This document shows, in pieces, positions 46,101 to 56,086 of a stretch of 64,000 nucleotides of DNA. The position numbers were made by a program, and so were the translations under genes. The stretch covers positions 1-64,000 of the IMG/VR virus record IMGVR_UViG_3300044994_000320, one strand, 5' to 3'. Position 1 is the stretch's first letter. Each line of letters begins with the position of its first letter. This stretch comes from a virus. The notes under the pieces were generated by a model. That model saw nothing but the letters and a program-made list of their open reading frames with translations, had not been told where the DNA came from and did not search any database.

Positions 46101-47168
46101 ATGAAAATCGCCATACTCAACCGCTCAGAAATAGAAAGCATGGTGCAAGGCGACTCATACCCAGCTTTGCGTGTCCAAGTGCTTCAAGACAACGGTATCG
46201 ACCCATACCCGCTTACGGATGGTCACGATCTATTTTTAGTCGTCAATGTTCGCAGCGAAGATGGCGCTATAGGCGCAAACAAGTTCAAAAAACGTTTCAT
46301 TATCACCAACGCCGCAAGCGGTCTTGCCGAGTATCGTTGGGCAAACACTCAAACGCTCAAAGATCTTTCCGACGCCGGCAGTTTTGCTTACGACGTGGTA
46401 CTTCATCTGCCTGAAACGCCAGCAAAAGTCTACGCCGCACAAAAAGATGCCGCAAATACCGGTGACGATACTTTGAGTGCTTCGGGCGTCTTTATCGGTA
46501 ATCAAGACACCGTTTACAACCTCGAAGTTACAACGCAAGGCGTATTTTCGCCAGGTGTAAAGGAAGTGGTTACAATCACCACTATTGCCGATTCCAGTGG
46601 AAGTCTCAACAACAAGTATTTCTTGTTGAGCGACACTCATTACGTTTGGTTTAACGTAAATGGTGCAGGTGGAGACCCCGCACTTTCCGGTCTTACAGGT
46701 ATCGAAGTACCTATCCCTACAGATGCTACAGAAGACGATGTAGCTACCGCGCTTCGTTCTGCTCTCGACACCGCTCTTTCAAACGTAACTGTTACTGGTG
46801 CGGCTGATCAGGTTGTTATCGAATTCGATACTCCAGGTAACGTAGCAGATACCGCAGACTCTGGCGGTAGTACTGCTACCGGATTTACCATCGTAATTAC
46901 TACTCAAGGTAATGCGGTTTTAGGTACGATTCAGGTTACTCCTGTCGGTGCTGAAACAGACGTAACGTATGTTACCCCACAAAAGAATGTGCCATTCGCT
47001 ATTGGGACAAAAGGCGTAATTGGGCGCATTACCGAATCAGGTGCTGGGGATGGTATTCTAACCCTTGGCGATAAATGGACAATCCAGGCAAAAGCCAAAG
47101 TTCCAGGTTCAGTGCAGACCCTCACAAAGGAGCCTGAAACTTTTATCGTGCGTGCAAAGTTGGCTTAA
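46101..47168 (+). CDS. BppU-like virion protein with nested inserted beta domains
   Basis: QGDS.P.L, NA.SG..EY.W, D....G motifs; insert shared with tail sheath. Confidence 0.6.
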   Translation: MKIAILNRSEIESMVQGDSYPALRVQVLQDNGIDPYPLTDGHDLFLVVNVRSEDGAIGANKFKKRFIITNAASGLAEYRWANTQTLKDLSDAGSFAYDVVLHLPETPAKVYAAQKDAANTGDDTLSASGVFIGNQDTVYNLEVTTQGVFSPGVKEVVTITTIADSSGSLNNKYFLLSDTHYVWFNVNGAGGDPALSGLTGIEVPIPTDATEDDVATALRSALDTALSNVTVTGAADQVVIEFDTPGNVADTADSGGSTATGFTIVITTQGNAVLGTIQVTPVGAETDVTYVTPQKNVPFAIGTKGVIGRITESGAGDGILTLGDKWTIQAKAKVPGSVQTLTKEPETFIVRAKLA

Positions 47169-47169
47169 A

Positions 47170-47337
47170 ATGAAGTCTATTTTGAAAGCAAAGGCTTTGA
47201 AAAAAAAGAAAGTGGCGAAAGTTATGCGTGAGTGGAAAGAAGGCAAGCTTCGTAGCGGTCATAAAGGCCCTCTTGTAAAATCTCGTAAGCAGGCCATCGC
47301 CATCGCGCTTTCCGAAGCAAGAAAGCAAGATGCCTAA
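47170..47337 (+). CDS. DUF6496-like small basic protein
   Basis: KVMREWKEGKLRSG..VKSRKQAIAIALSEAR signature. Confidence 0.75.
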   Translation: MKSILKAKALKKKKVAKVMREWKEGKLRSGHKGPLVKSRKQAIAIALSEARKQDA

Positions 47338-48112
47338 CGAACTAAAAAAAGAAATCTTTTTTCTCATTGAAGTCCCGGATGTGTCCGACCCTATCATAAA
47401 AGCTGACGGAGACGTTATTGCGCAAGAAAAAGATGTCGATGGACGTATTGAAAAGAAATCTTTCGATATAAAGTACATAGTGCTTTATGAATCCGATTCT
47501 CGCGAAGGCACGTATAAAAAAATCGACAAATTTCGAGCTGTTCAAGGCGTTAAGAAATACGGCACGCGAGAGTACACTGACCCGAGCCACTGGTTTAAGT
47601 TCCGTTTTCAATCGTCTACGCTCGTAGAGTCGCAGTTTTCTGACCCTATTTTGCCTGACGACATTGATTCGCTCATCCTCGCTATCCGAAATGACGTTTT
47701 CGATAATCGAGAGAAAAAAGTCCACGATGACGATTACTATTTGCGTAAATTACGCACAGCCGCATTTCGGCACGGCAAATACACCAATTTTAGCGAAATC
47801 CCTGATCACGAATTGGATTTAGTGCTTATGCTCGCAAAGTCGAGTATATGTCGCGATTTAGCGCAAGCGTCTGCCAAGTTTCATTCTCTTACCTTACCCG
47901 GCGGCTTGACCCTACAAAAAGGTGAAATTATGCGGCACTATCTCGATCTTGCTGAGTCGTATGATAAAGGCTATAGAATGGCTATGGACAACATCGATAC
48001 AGCAACGAGTGAAGGTGGAATCCACTCAGTAAAAATTCGCAGAAAAGACCTCTACTCAAATTCAGACATAAGCCCTTCTCGAATAAGAAGAAAATTGGAC
48101 AGGATGATGTAG
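47330..48112 (+). CDS. Putative head-tail adaptor (neck) protein
   Basis: Position; helical C-domain starting LILAIRNDVFD. Confidence 0.55.
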   Translation: MPNELKKEIFFLIEVPDVSDPIIKADGDVIAQEKDVDGRIEKKSFDIKYIVLYESDSREGTYKKIDKFRAVQGVKKYGTREYTDPSHWFKFRFQSSTLVESQFSDPILPDDIDSLILAIRNDVFDNREKKVHDDDYYLRKLRTAAFRHGKYTNFSEIPDHELDLVLMLAKSSICRDLAQASAKFHSLTLPGGLTLQKGEIMRHYLDLAESYDKGYRMAMDNIDTATSEGGIHSVKIRRKDLYSNSDISPSRIRRKLDRMM

Positions 48113-48120
48113 GTAGATAA

Positions 48121-48780
48121 ATGCCGGTAACTGGCGAAGAATATCAAGACCTATACGATACCGTTCGAGAAGCTATCGAATCGGTCTCCGGCTTAGAAGG
48201 TAAAGAACTGCCCGTACAATGGAAAAAATTTCGCCCGAGTAAATACGATAAGACTTTCAATTCCGATGCTAAAAGAGAGTATGAAAGCCCTGTACCTCTC
48301 GTGGCCTTTTTTCTACCTACAAAAGCCGTCGACCTATTTACGAACAGCCCACAATCTATCGTTACGGCAGACATGCTTGTTTTAGTGGCTGCTTCCGAGA
48401 TTGAACGCATTGGTGGAGTTTCTGAAAAAGACCAGGCTATCATTGAAGGTCACGTTTACAACGTCGGTTCTGCTAACCCCGTAATTTATGGGGGGCCGTT
48501 GTGCACGCTTTTTTATATGAACAAGGCACCACTTCTCGATCAAAAAAAAGAAGTTCGCGATAAGTACGTCAAACCACCAGAAGCCCCGACCGCTAAGACC
48601 GCTCAATTAAAATCTAAGGTAAAGTCAGGTGTAGAGCCTATTGTTTCCCATAAAAGAGAGCCTGAAATAAATCCCAACGTCAGTCAGCCAGTCCCGGTTA
48701 CGCCAGCAGCTTTTCCGAAAGAAGAGTACGCTACTCCGCCAAAAGAGGATTTTACGGATGTCTTTGAAAATCACAGTTAA
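48121..48780 (+). CDS. Putative head-closure protein
   Basis: Position in neck cluster; KDQAIIEGHVYNV. Confidence 0.5.
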   Translation: MPVTGEEYQDLYDTVREAIESVSGLEGKELPVQWKKFRPSKYDKTFNSDAKREYESPVPLVAFFLPTKAVDLFTNSPQSIVTADMLVLVAASEIERIGGVSEKDQAIIEGHVYNVGSANPVIYGGPLCTLFYMNKAPLLDQKKEVRDKYVKPPEAPTAKTAQLKSKVKSGVEPIVSHKREPEINPNVSQPVPVTPAAFPKEEYATPPKEDFTDVFENHS

Positions 48781-49252
48781 TGAAGAGTCCGGCAAAATTA
48801 CTGCTTATATTACTGGTAAGAAATCGTTACTCAAGAAAATTCCGCGGTCTGATTTTATTCGTGCCCTAAACGCTTTTCCAAAGATCGTTCGACGCCATAT
48901 AGATCGACAAGACCTAAAAGTTCCAAAGTTAGCTGCATCTACCATTCGTAGAAAAAAAGGCGAAACTCGTGTGTACTATGAAACCGGGGAGCTCTACCGG
49001 GACATCGGTGTGCATAAGTATAGTTCTGACGCAGGCCAAGTTTTAGGGGCATGGGCCGGCTGGGATGCAAAAAAAGTCCACAAGCCATCGAATACCACTT
49101 ATGGCGTTCTATTAAAGCGTTTGATGTACGGTTGGGGAGATGTTCCAGGTAGAGACCTAATTACGCCTTCAATAAAAGAGTGGAAAAAGCGAATTTGGAA
49201 CCCATATATGGCTAAGATGAAACGCGATTTTCATAAAACGGGGACGGTGTAA
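48758..49252 (+). CDS. Putative neck/tail-completion protein
   Basis: LAASTIRRK..ETGEL..YG...PGR motifs of virion-morphogenesis proteins. Confidence 0.6.
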   Translation: MSLKITVNEESGKITAYITGKKSLLKKIPRSDFIRALNAFPKIVRRHIDRQDLKVPKLAASTIRRKKGETRVYYETGELYRDIGVHKYSSDAGQVLGAWAGWDAKKVHKPSNTTYGVLLKRLMYGWGDVPGRDLITPSIKEWKKRIWNPYMAKMKRDFHKTGTV

Positions 49253-49255
49253 CCC

Positions 49256-49942
49256 ATGGCCGATTTTAATGACATTGACTCTTTTTTTAAGAATAAGTTT
49301 TTCGCCGCGGAAGATTTCAAAATTTCGCTCAACGTAGACGGAGTATTAACTTGGGTACGTCCTACGGTCATAGCCAACGCGCTGGTAAAAGACTTTAACG
49401 AAGCTACTTATGATCCTGAAATTCGTATTCGCCACGAAAATGCCTATATCCACGAGTATTCAGATGATCTTAAGCAAGTTGCTCGAATACCCCAAAAAAG
49501 CGACGTTAAAAAGATAGATATAATTACACGAGAAATTATACCCGTGCAGTGCACTACAATCATAGAACACTTGACGAAAGACCCAATAGTGGATAATTGG
49601 TTAGCTACGGAGTTTTTGAAAAGGCTTAAAAGAGTAAGCGAGTTTCGAGTGTCTGAAAAATCCGGTAAAAAAGATGACTGGATTGTAATGATGCTCGATG
49701 ACATTGTAGAATTGAACAATGACAAAACATATAGACGTGCATACCGCTACAAAACAGAGTTCAGCATCGTTACGACTTCTAAAAGAGAAGCTACTAGAGC
49801 CAGATCGATTAAGATTAAAGTGGGGCCTATACCAGAGACTGCGCGAGGCGCAGGTGCAAATTCGGCCAAAATCGTTAGCGATGATGGCTCGATTCTTGAC
49901 TCAAGTAGGCTTACACCTGTCGATATCGATATTAAACTCTAA
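49256..49942 (+). CDS. Putative tail terminator
   Basis: Position directly before sheath. Confidence 0.5.
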   Translation: MADFNDIDSFFKNKFFAAEDFKISLNVDGVLTWVRPTVIANALVKDFNEATYDPEIRIRHENAYIHEYSDDLKQVARIPQKSDVKKIDIITREIIPVQCTTIIEHLTKDPIVDNWLATEFLKRLKRVSEFRVSEKSGKKDDWIVMMLDDIVELNNDKTYRRAYRYKTEFSIVTTSKREATRARSIKIKVGPIPETARGAGANSAKIVSDDGSILDSSRLTPVDIDIKL

Positions 49943-49954
49943 CAGGAGGAAGGT

Positions 49955-51856
49955 ATGCCAATTTCGACTTTGAACCAAAGTCCCGGCGTGCTTTTAGAAG
50001 AAGTTCCTGCAGATGCGGTGGCGCCAGTCCTCGTATCTACCGGTGTTGGCGCAATGCTTTGCGTCACGGAAAAGGGGCCAATCGAAGCACGACAAGTAAC
50101 CTCTTTCGGAGAATGGAAGAGGCTTTATGGCAGACAACTTCAAGATTTGGATTCAAACGCCAATCTTAAGTATTCTGCAAACCAGCAAGCCAAGAATTTT
50201 TTTCGCAACGGCGGAAGAGTTCTATGGACTAAGCGCGTCGTTCACTATACAGACATTACCGACGCAGCAACGATTACGGCTAAAAAATCCGCGGTTATTC
50301 TGCGCGACGGCGATGTAGCAGTTCCGGCTACAATCGGCGCCTCTGTTCAAAGCGTAGGCACTGGAACAGCGCACGTATCCAGTGGCACTTACACAGGGTT
50401 GTTTGATGCAACTTATGTGATTACGTGCTTGACCGGCGGTTTGCTTAACGGTAGCGCAGCTACATTTCAAGTTTCGGCTATTGGGGGCGATGAACACGGA
50501 ATTATTAGTTCTACAGTTACCCCAACAACCGGTGTTGCTTTTGCTGTCGGCACTAAAGGTGTCATGCTTACACTTACAAATGCTGGATCAGTATCGGTCG
50601 GTGACACTTTCAAGATTTCGGTAACCGCAAAAGGTAACCCAGTCCTTAAGGTAGAAGCTCGCTGGCATGGAGCATACGCTAACACAGACTTTGTTAACAA
50701 CAAAGGCTTAGCTGTCTCTGTTTCCGCAGGCGCTATCAGTGGAACATACAAAATTACCGAATGGGTCGATGGGGTAGTTGGACGAACTTTCGACAATTTG
50801 CAAAATCAGCGCACTGACACTCTCGGAAATTTGCGCGCGGATTTCGCCGAGCTCGAAATAAACTCGCCAAGTGGGTCAGAAGAAATTCGAGTATCAGTTT
50901 TAGGGCCCACAAACCCTGTAACAGGTTTTGCAACCCCTATTCCGCTTGTTTCCGGTGACGACGGTCTCGTAGGACTCTCAAATTCAGATTATACTGGTGA
51001 TTCTGATGCTGAGACAGGTATTCACGGATATAACACTGTGAAAGAAATCCTCGTTTTAGGATGCCCAGATAAAGAAAACGATATTACAGTCGTAAATGAA
51101 CTTATCGCATGGGTCGAACGGTATCACCCCCGTAGCCACCTTGTGCACTCACTTCCTTACGACATCGGTTTTGATGGCGCGAAGGTGTATATGCCTATAA
51201 CTTTGGCAAAGGACTCTTCTCGTTACTCCGCGTACTACCCATGGATTAAGACCGATGGAAACTGGGTTTCGCCTACTATGGCTATCGCTGGCCTATACAT
51301 GGTCAACGACGCATTACCGCAGCGTGGTGTATGGTCATCCCCAGCAGGGACAGATTTGTCGTTTACTGGCGTAGAAGACATCGAAGTACGTATCGGCGAT
51401 ACTAAAGGCGGAGTGCTCAACGAAAACCGAGTAAATGTTTTGCGAATTATGCCAAATGCTGGACTCGTTATTTGGGGTAGTCGTACAGGTACGGTTTCAC
51501 AACAAAAGTACTTCCGGTTCATCGGCTCACGACGTAACACTAACTATGTCGCTATGTCTCTTGAAAAGTCGTCCGCTTTCGCTGCCCACCACGATACCGG
51601 CCCGGATTTGTGGAGAAAATTGACAAATACGTTCGAGTCTTTTTTATTCCGGCATTGGCGAGCAGGCGGTTTTAGAGGGCAGAGCAAGTCAGAAGCGTAC
51701 TTCGTAAAAGTCGATGGTGAGATTAACCCACCGTCTAACGAAGAACAAGGCATTACGCGCAGCCAGGTCGGTATTTGGAATAAGAAAACAAACGAGTTCC
51801 TGATTATCGAACTTTCGCAACTCGGTGGTGAAACCTCCGTAAGCGAAGGCGTGTAA
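49955..51856 (+). CDS. Tail sheath protein
   Basis: SPGV..EE, FFRNGG, AYYPWI, GVWSSPAG, IWGSRT, AYFVKVD, EFLII motifs. Confidence 0.95.
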   Translation: MPISTLNQSPGVLLEEVPADAVAPVLVSTGVGAMLCVTEKGPIEARQVTSFGEWKRLYGRQLQDLDSNANLKYSANQQAKNFFRNGGRVLWTKRVVHYTDITDAATITAKKSAVILRDGDVAVPATIGASVQSVGTGTAHVSSGTYTGLFDATYVITCLTGGLLNGSAATFQVSAIGGDEHGIISSTVTPTTGVAFAVGTKGVMLTLTNAGSVSVGDTFKISVTAKGNPVLKVEARWHGAYANTDFVNNKGLAVSVSAGAISGTYKITEWVDGVVGRTFDNLQNQRTDTLGNLRADFAELEINSPSGSEEIRVSVLGPTNPVTGFATPIPLVSGDDGLVGLSNSDYTGDSDAETGIHGYNTVKEILVLGCPDKENDITVVNELIAWVERYHPRSHLVHSLPYDIGFDGAKVYMPITLAKDSSRYSAYYPWIKTDGNWVSPTMAIAGLYMVNDALPQRGVWSSPAGTDLSFTGVEDIEVRIGDTKGGVLNENRVNVLRIMPNAGLVIWGSRTGTVSQQKYFRFIGSRRNTNYVAMSLEKSSAFAAHHDTGPDLWRKLTNTFESFLFRHWRAGGFRGQSKSEAYFVKVDGEINPPSNEEQGITRSQVGIWNKKTNEFLIIELSQLGGETSVSEGV

Positions 51857-51868
51857 GGAGGTAGGTAC

Positions 51869-52351
51869 ATGCCAGCACCAGTAACATTTGCGAATGGATA
51901 TTACGCGCCGAACCCAGAAGTTCGTCACAAGTATCGCTTTCGCGTTTACGATAACGCAAATCAGCAAATCGGTTCGTTTACCGAGATTAACGGTTTGCAA
52001 AAAGAAACAGAGGTCGTTGAGTGGAGAACAGGTGATGATAATTTCACAAAAACTCTCCCCGGCGTCTCAAAACAAAGTCCGATTACACTGATCCGAGGCA
52101 TTGACGATAACTCATATTTTGAGCTATGGTATGAGCGTGTGTGGAGTCGTAATTCGGAACCATCCCGTCAATATAAGCGTGACTTGTACATCATTGTCTC
52201 CAATCGTGACGGCACTGACTACAAGCAGATTAACGTGTACGGAGCGTGGCCATCCAAGTATATTCTTGGAGACCTTAACGCCAAAGATTCTGCTCCATGG
52301 GTTGAAACATTAGAAATGCAGCACGATGGCTGGGATTCAGTCAATCTGTAA
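51869..52351 (+). CDS. Tail tube protein (T4 gp19-like)
   Basis: F.EINGL..E.EVVEWR.G, ITL.RG, AWPSKY...LNA motifs. Confidence 0.93.
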   Translation: MPAPVTFANGYYAPNPEVRHKYRFRVYDNANQQIGSFTEINGLQKETEVVEWRTGDDNFTKTLPGVSKQSPITLIRGIDDNSYFELWYERVWSRNSEPSRQYKRDLYIIVSNRDGTDYKQINVYGAWPSKYILGDLNAKDSAPWVETLEMQHDGWDSVNL

Positions 52352-52373
52352 GTTTCAGGAGGGTTGATTACAA

Positions 52374-53156
52374 ATGGCTAAAATGGAAGGTTGTCTTGAA
52401 AAAGAAGTTCCGCTCATGTTTCCGATAAAAAATTCGGAAGGGCAAGACATCAAAAAATTAACTGTAAGAGAAGTGGTAGGCTACGACGAAGAGCATGTCA
52501 ATCAGCCGCAAATAAGAAACGCGCCGGTCGAATATCTTGTGAATCTCGTCTGGCGCTGTTCTTACCCTACAGTAGAAGGAGTGTCTTTTAGCGAAGAAGA
52601 TGCCGCTAAATTGGCCGTCCCTGATAGAGATAATCTTGTAAACCAAATAGGGATTCTTTCTGTCGGAGATGATTATACTGTTGAATGGTCTTGTCGATTT
52701 TGCGGCGCTAATAATACGGAAAAAAGAAAACGCTCAGAGCTTAAGGTGATCAATAAGCTAAAAGAAGGCGCTGTTGCAGCGCCTTTTAAGTTCAAAAAAC
52801 CCTATGTTAAAAACATAGTCAAGGAAGACAAGAAAGAGACTTTGACGTACACAGAAGGCATGATCACTATTGTAAATAATAGTGAGCTTTCTCGTGAGCT
52901 TTACAAAAAATTCGGGTCAGTGGATACGAACAACGGCGAAGTACGTTCGTATATCTATGCCCGATCTTGCCGTTACCCCGGTAAGCCAAATTTACAGATC
53001 ACTGATTACCAGCGTATGACTAAGTCGCAGCGAGACGATATACAAGCTGCGTATGACGATTACGCGGTGTCTTTTGGGTACGGCAAAGAAAGCTCCTGCT
53101 TCAAATGCGGTAAAAGGCAAGAAGTTTTAGGGGCCCCAAGTTTTTTCTTCGCTTAA
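52374..53156 (+). CDS. Tail assembly chaperone / baseplate-hub assembly protein (Zn-binding)
   Basis: Between tube and tape measure; VREVVGYDEE, L..PDRD, two CxxC. Confidence 0.75.
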   Translation: MAKMEGCLEKEVPLMFPIKNSEGQDIKKLTVREVVGYDEEHVNQPQIRNAPVEYLVNLVWRCSYPTVEGVSFSEEDAAKLAVPDRDNLVNQIGILSVGDDYTVEWSCRFCGANNTEKRKRSELKVINKLKEGAVAAPFKFKKPYVKNIVKEDKKETLTYTEGMITIVNNSELSRELYKKFGSVDTNNGEVRSYIYARSCRYPGKPNLQITDYQRMTKSQRDDIQAAYDDYAVSFGYGKESSCFKCGKRQEVLGAPSFFFA

Positions 53157-53359
53157 ACCTCTTCGATGAGAACCCAGACCCGACTGTCGAAGAGGGAGAG
53201 CATCACGCCTCGATCTATTATCAAGCGCTGATTTTAGGTCGATTTGTTGGGTGGAGTTGGCATGATACCATGTCAGTACCATCAAGGGTTCGGGCCGTTA
53301 TGCTCGAAGTAGTAACGAAAAAATTTAAGGACCCAAAGGACGGTAAGTTACACCTATGA
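53141..53359 (+). CDS. -1 frameshift extension of the tail chaperone (GT-type product)
   Basis: Slippery T TTT TTC at 53141-53147; -1 frame open for 72 codons (IYYQALILGRFVGWSWHDTMSVPSRVR) ending in TGA overlapping the tape-measure ATG. Confidence 0.8.
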   Translation, partial: FFLRLNLFDENPDPTVEEGEHHASIYYQALILGRFVGWSWHDTMSVPSRVRAVMLEVVTKKFKDPKDGKLHL

Positions 53360-56085
53360 CCTCGACAGAGACATCCATTCTAGGCATCGTCGCTACGTTC
53401 AAAGACATGGCCTCTGCCGGTCTGGATAAGATGAGCGCTTCTTACAAGAATTTTACAAATCAAGTTAAAGGCGATGGCGGGAAGAGCTTCCGTCAAATAT
53501 CCGAATCTGCGGACAATTTTTCAAAGAAAGCAGACAAGTTGGCACTAACCGCAGGTGTTGCTGCAGCAGGTACGGGTATGGCCTTTAATTCTTTAATCAA
53601 AGAGGCGCGCGAATTAGAGGCTGTCATGCTTAAGCTCGATATGTTTGGTGGTATTACAAAAGGCACCAAAGATTACGAAAAAGCAGAAGCCATGATTAAA
53701 AAATTTGGTGTAGATTCGGTTTTTACACTTAAAGAAGTAGGCGATGCTGTTACCGATTTTTTGAAACGCGGATATTCTCTTGAAAAAGCTGAATTTTTAG
53801 CTAAAGCTGCGGATAAGTTTGCAGTAATTTCTGGCGGAGAAATCACCATCGCCCAAGCCGCAAATTTTATGATTTCTGCAATCGACAAAGCCGGAATAGA
53901 CATAAACAAGTTCTCTACTGATGGCGGTAAACAGATTAGCGAGCTAAGTTATGCTTTTGATATGATGGCAAAAAGTGCAGACATCGCCAAAATGGACATA
54001 AAAGACCTCCCTATTCTATTTAACTCTATGCGTCAGTCTATGCAAGAAACCGGCTCTACTATGAAAGACCCCAAAAAGTTTGCTGGTATGCTTGTCCAAG
54101 CTGGAATTGCCCAGAACCTCGGTATGCAGCCTGCCGAAGCAGGTCAGTTACTTGCAGCAACTTCAAGAAAATTTGCCGAGTTTGCTCGCACAGCCACTTT
54201 AGATAAACTGGGTGGTGGCAAATCTCGCGGAGGCCAAGCTCGAAATATCTTAAGTAGAATTTTTGGCACAAATGAAGAGTTGCGTAAGTGGATGACGGAT
54301 GCAGATGGAAATTTTCGCGATACAGGCGAGATGATTTTGGAGTTTAATCAACGTATTGATAAACTCGGGCTAAATAACGTAGAACGGCAAGGAGCTCTCG
54401 GCATGATTTTCGACATGCTGTCTAAACAGTCTTCGGCGAATTTTAGGTCTATAAAAGTAGAAGCCAGAGACGTGCTTTATGAAGTGGATAACATGGGAAG
54501 AAAAACGAATAAAGTCTTGTTTGACCCTACTGCGCACAAGAATTGGAGAAAAGACATAAAAGCTGCGGTATTGGAAGGAGCAGAAGCATACGCTTATCTA
54601 CAGTTGCAAATTCAAAATGCTTCTGGCTACCAAGATGTGCTTTATGATAAAGTGGTTAAAGGTTCAGAGTACACTAAAAAAGCTTTCGAAGGCGCTATTG
54701 GAACTATGAAAGCTGTTTATGGTAAGCCCGCGCTCGAAGTGTGGGATGCCCTATTAAATAAGATAGGCGCGTTTGCAACTTGGTTGACAAAGATAGGGGA
54801 AAACAATCCAGCTTTTGCAAAATTTGTATCGTATGGCTTTATGGCTGCCGCTGGATTTACTGCTTTACTCACGGTTTTAGGGGTTGTTGGTAGCGTACTC
54901 GGTAGAGGTTTTGCCATTATGACCGGAGGTCTTGCTTCGCTTCAAGCTCGTCTTGCGAGCGTAACTGGTGCTGAAACTGCGTTAGCCGCTAATTCAACTG
55001 CCACGGCAGCGGCCCTTACCCGGCAAAATCTATTGATGAACACTAAAGCCGCTACGTCTACCCGTTTGGCTTATTCGCTTCAAGGTGCGGCCATTGCCGA
55101 GACTACTCTTGCAAAAGCGTCTGCAGCTGGCATGGTTACTACCGGTGGTTTTAACCCCGGAGCGAGTATCCCAGTAGGTGTTGCCGGAAAAGGCAACATC
55201 TTAAAGCGTATGTGGCAAGGTACTAAAGGCATGCTTAAAGGTGGTGGTCTTATCAGCGCTGCCGTAAGCTTGGCCCCAATGGCCGTTTCTGCTATGAGCG
55301 AAATACCTACTGCCAAAGGACTTACTCCTGACCAAACTGCTCAAGGTGCAACAGCCGAGAATATCGCCGCCGTTTCAGAGCAAAAAAAGCAAGAAATGCT
55401 TTCGCAGCTACAGAATCACGGGTTTACTAAGGCGCAGGCTGAAGCCGAAGTCGCAAAATATAGCGCAGAGCATTTTGCTACGGCCGCAAAAAATGACATA
55501 GAAAAAGCCAAAAATGAGTGGACTATTGCTAAAGGTCTTGCCTCAGAAACATCTTCTACTGCAAGTACGGTTTTTGCTATTCTTGGTGGAGTTGTAGGTG
55601 CAGCTATCGGATTTTTTGGTGGTGGCGTAGGCGCGGCTCCGGGAGCTATGGCTGGCATGGGCTTGGGTTCAGGTCTCGGCAGTTTCATAGGCGCAGCTAT
55701 GGACAAGTACAATCTCGATTGGAAGGACATTGCAATCGGCGCTATCCCGGGCTACGGCGCATACCACATCGGCAAAAAAATCATGGCAGGTCCAACAGGC
55801 TCCAGTGTTACAGGATCAGATGTTGTTGGGCCGGTGCAAGGCCCCGTTCAGTTTAAGCCTGGCGACAATAAAGTTAATATAAATCTTGTTGTTCCGAAAG
55901 CTGACGAAGCTCGTATTGCCCAAGAAGTTCGTTCAGGTATTCAAAGCGATATGGCAAATGGCGAGTTAAATGTTCGCATAAATGGAACTTCTGTTTCCTC
56001 AGAAAGAAAAGGCAGTACGGCACCCTACGTATCTTCCTCGCCTCTATCGGCTGATAAGGCTGCGGCATTTCTAAGAGGCAGATAA
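53356..56085 (+). CDS. Tape measure protein
   Basis: 909 aa Ala/Gly-rich helical protein with hydrophobic segments after chaperone. Confidence 0.9.
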   Translation: MTSTETSILGIVATFKDMASAGLDKMSASYKNFTNQVKGDGGKSFRQISESADNFSKKADKLALTAGVAAAGTGMAFNSLIKEARELEAVMLKLDMFGGITKGTKDYEKAEAMIKKFGVDSVFTLKEVGDAVTDFLKRGYSLEKAEFLAKAADKFAVISGGEITIAQAANFMISAIDKAGIDINKFSTDGGKQISELSYAFDMMAKSADIAKMDIKDLPILFNSMRQSMQETGSTMKDPKKFAGMLVQAGIAQNLGMQPAEAGQLLAATSRKFAEFARTATLDKLGGGKSRGGQARNILSRIFGTNEELRKWMTDADGNFRDTGEMILEFNQRIDKLGLNNVERQGALGMIFDMLSKQSSANFRSIKVEARDVLYEVDNMGRKTNKVLFDPTAHKNWRKDIKAAVLEGAEAYAYLQLQIQNASGYQDVLYDKVVKGSEYTKKAFEGAIGTMKAVYGKPALEVWDALLNKIGAFATWLTKIGENNPAFAKFVSYGFMAAAGFTALLTVLGVVGSVLGRGFAIMTGGLASLQARLASVTGAETALAANSTATAAALTRQNLLMNTKAATSTRLAYSLQGAAIAETTLAKASAAGMVTTGGFNPGASIPVGVAGKGNILKRMWQGTKGMLKGGGLISAAVSLAPMAVSAMSEIPTAKGLTPDQTAQGATAENIAAVSEQKKQEMLSQLQNHGFTKAQAEAEVAKYSAEHFATAAKNDIEKAKNEWTIAKGLASETSSTASTVFAILGGVVGAAIGFFGGGVGAAPGAMAGMGLGSGLGSFIGAAMDKYNLDWKDIAIGAIPGYGAYHIGKKIMAGPTGSSVTGSDVVGPVQGPVQFKPGDNKVNINLVVPKADEARIAQEVRSGIQSDMANGELNVRINGTSVSSERKGSTAPYVSSSPLSADKAAAFLRGR

Positions 56086-56086
56086 A

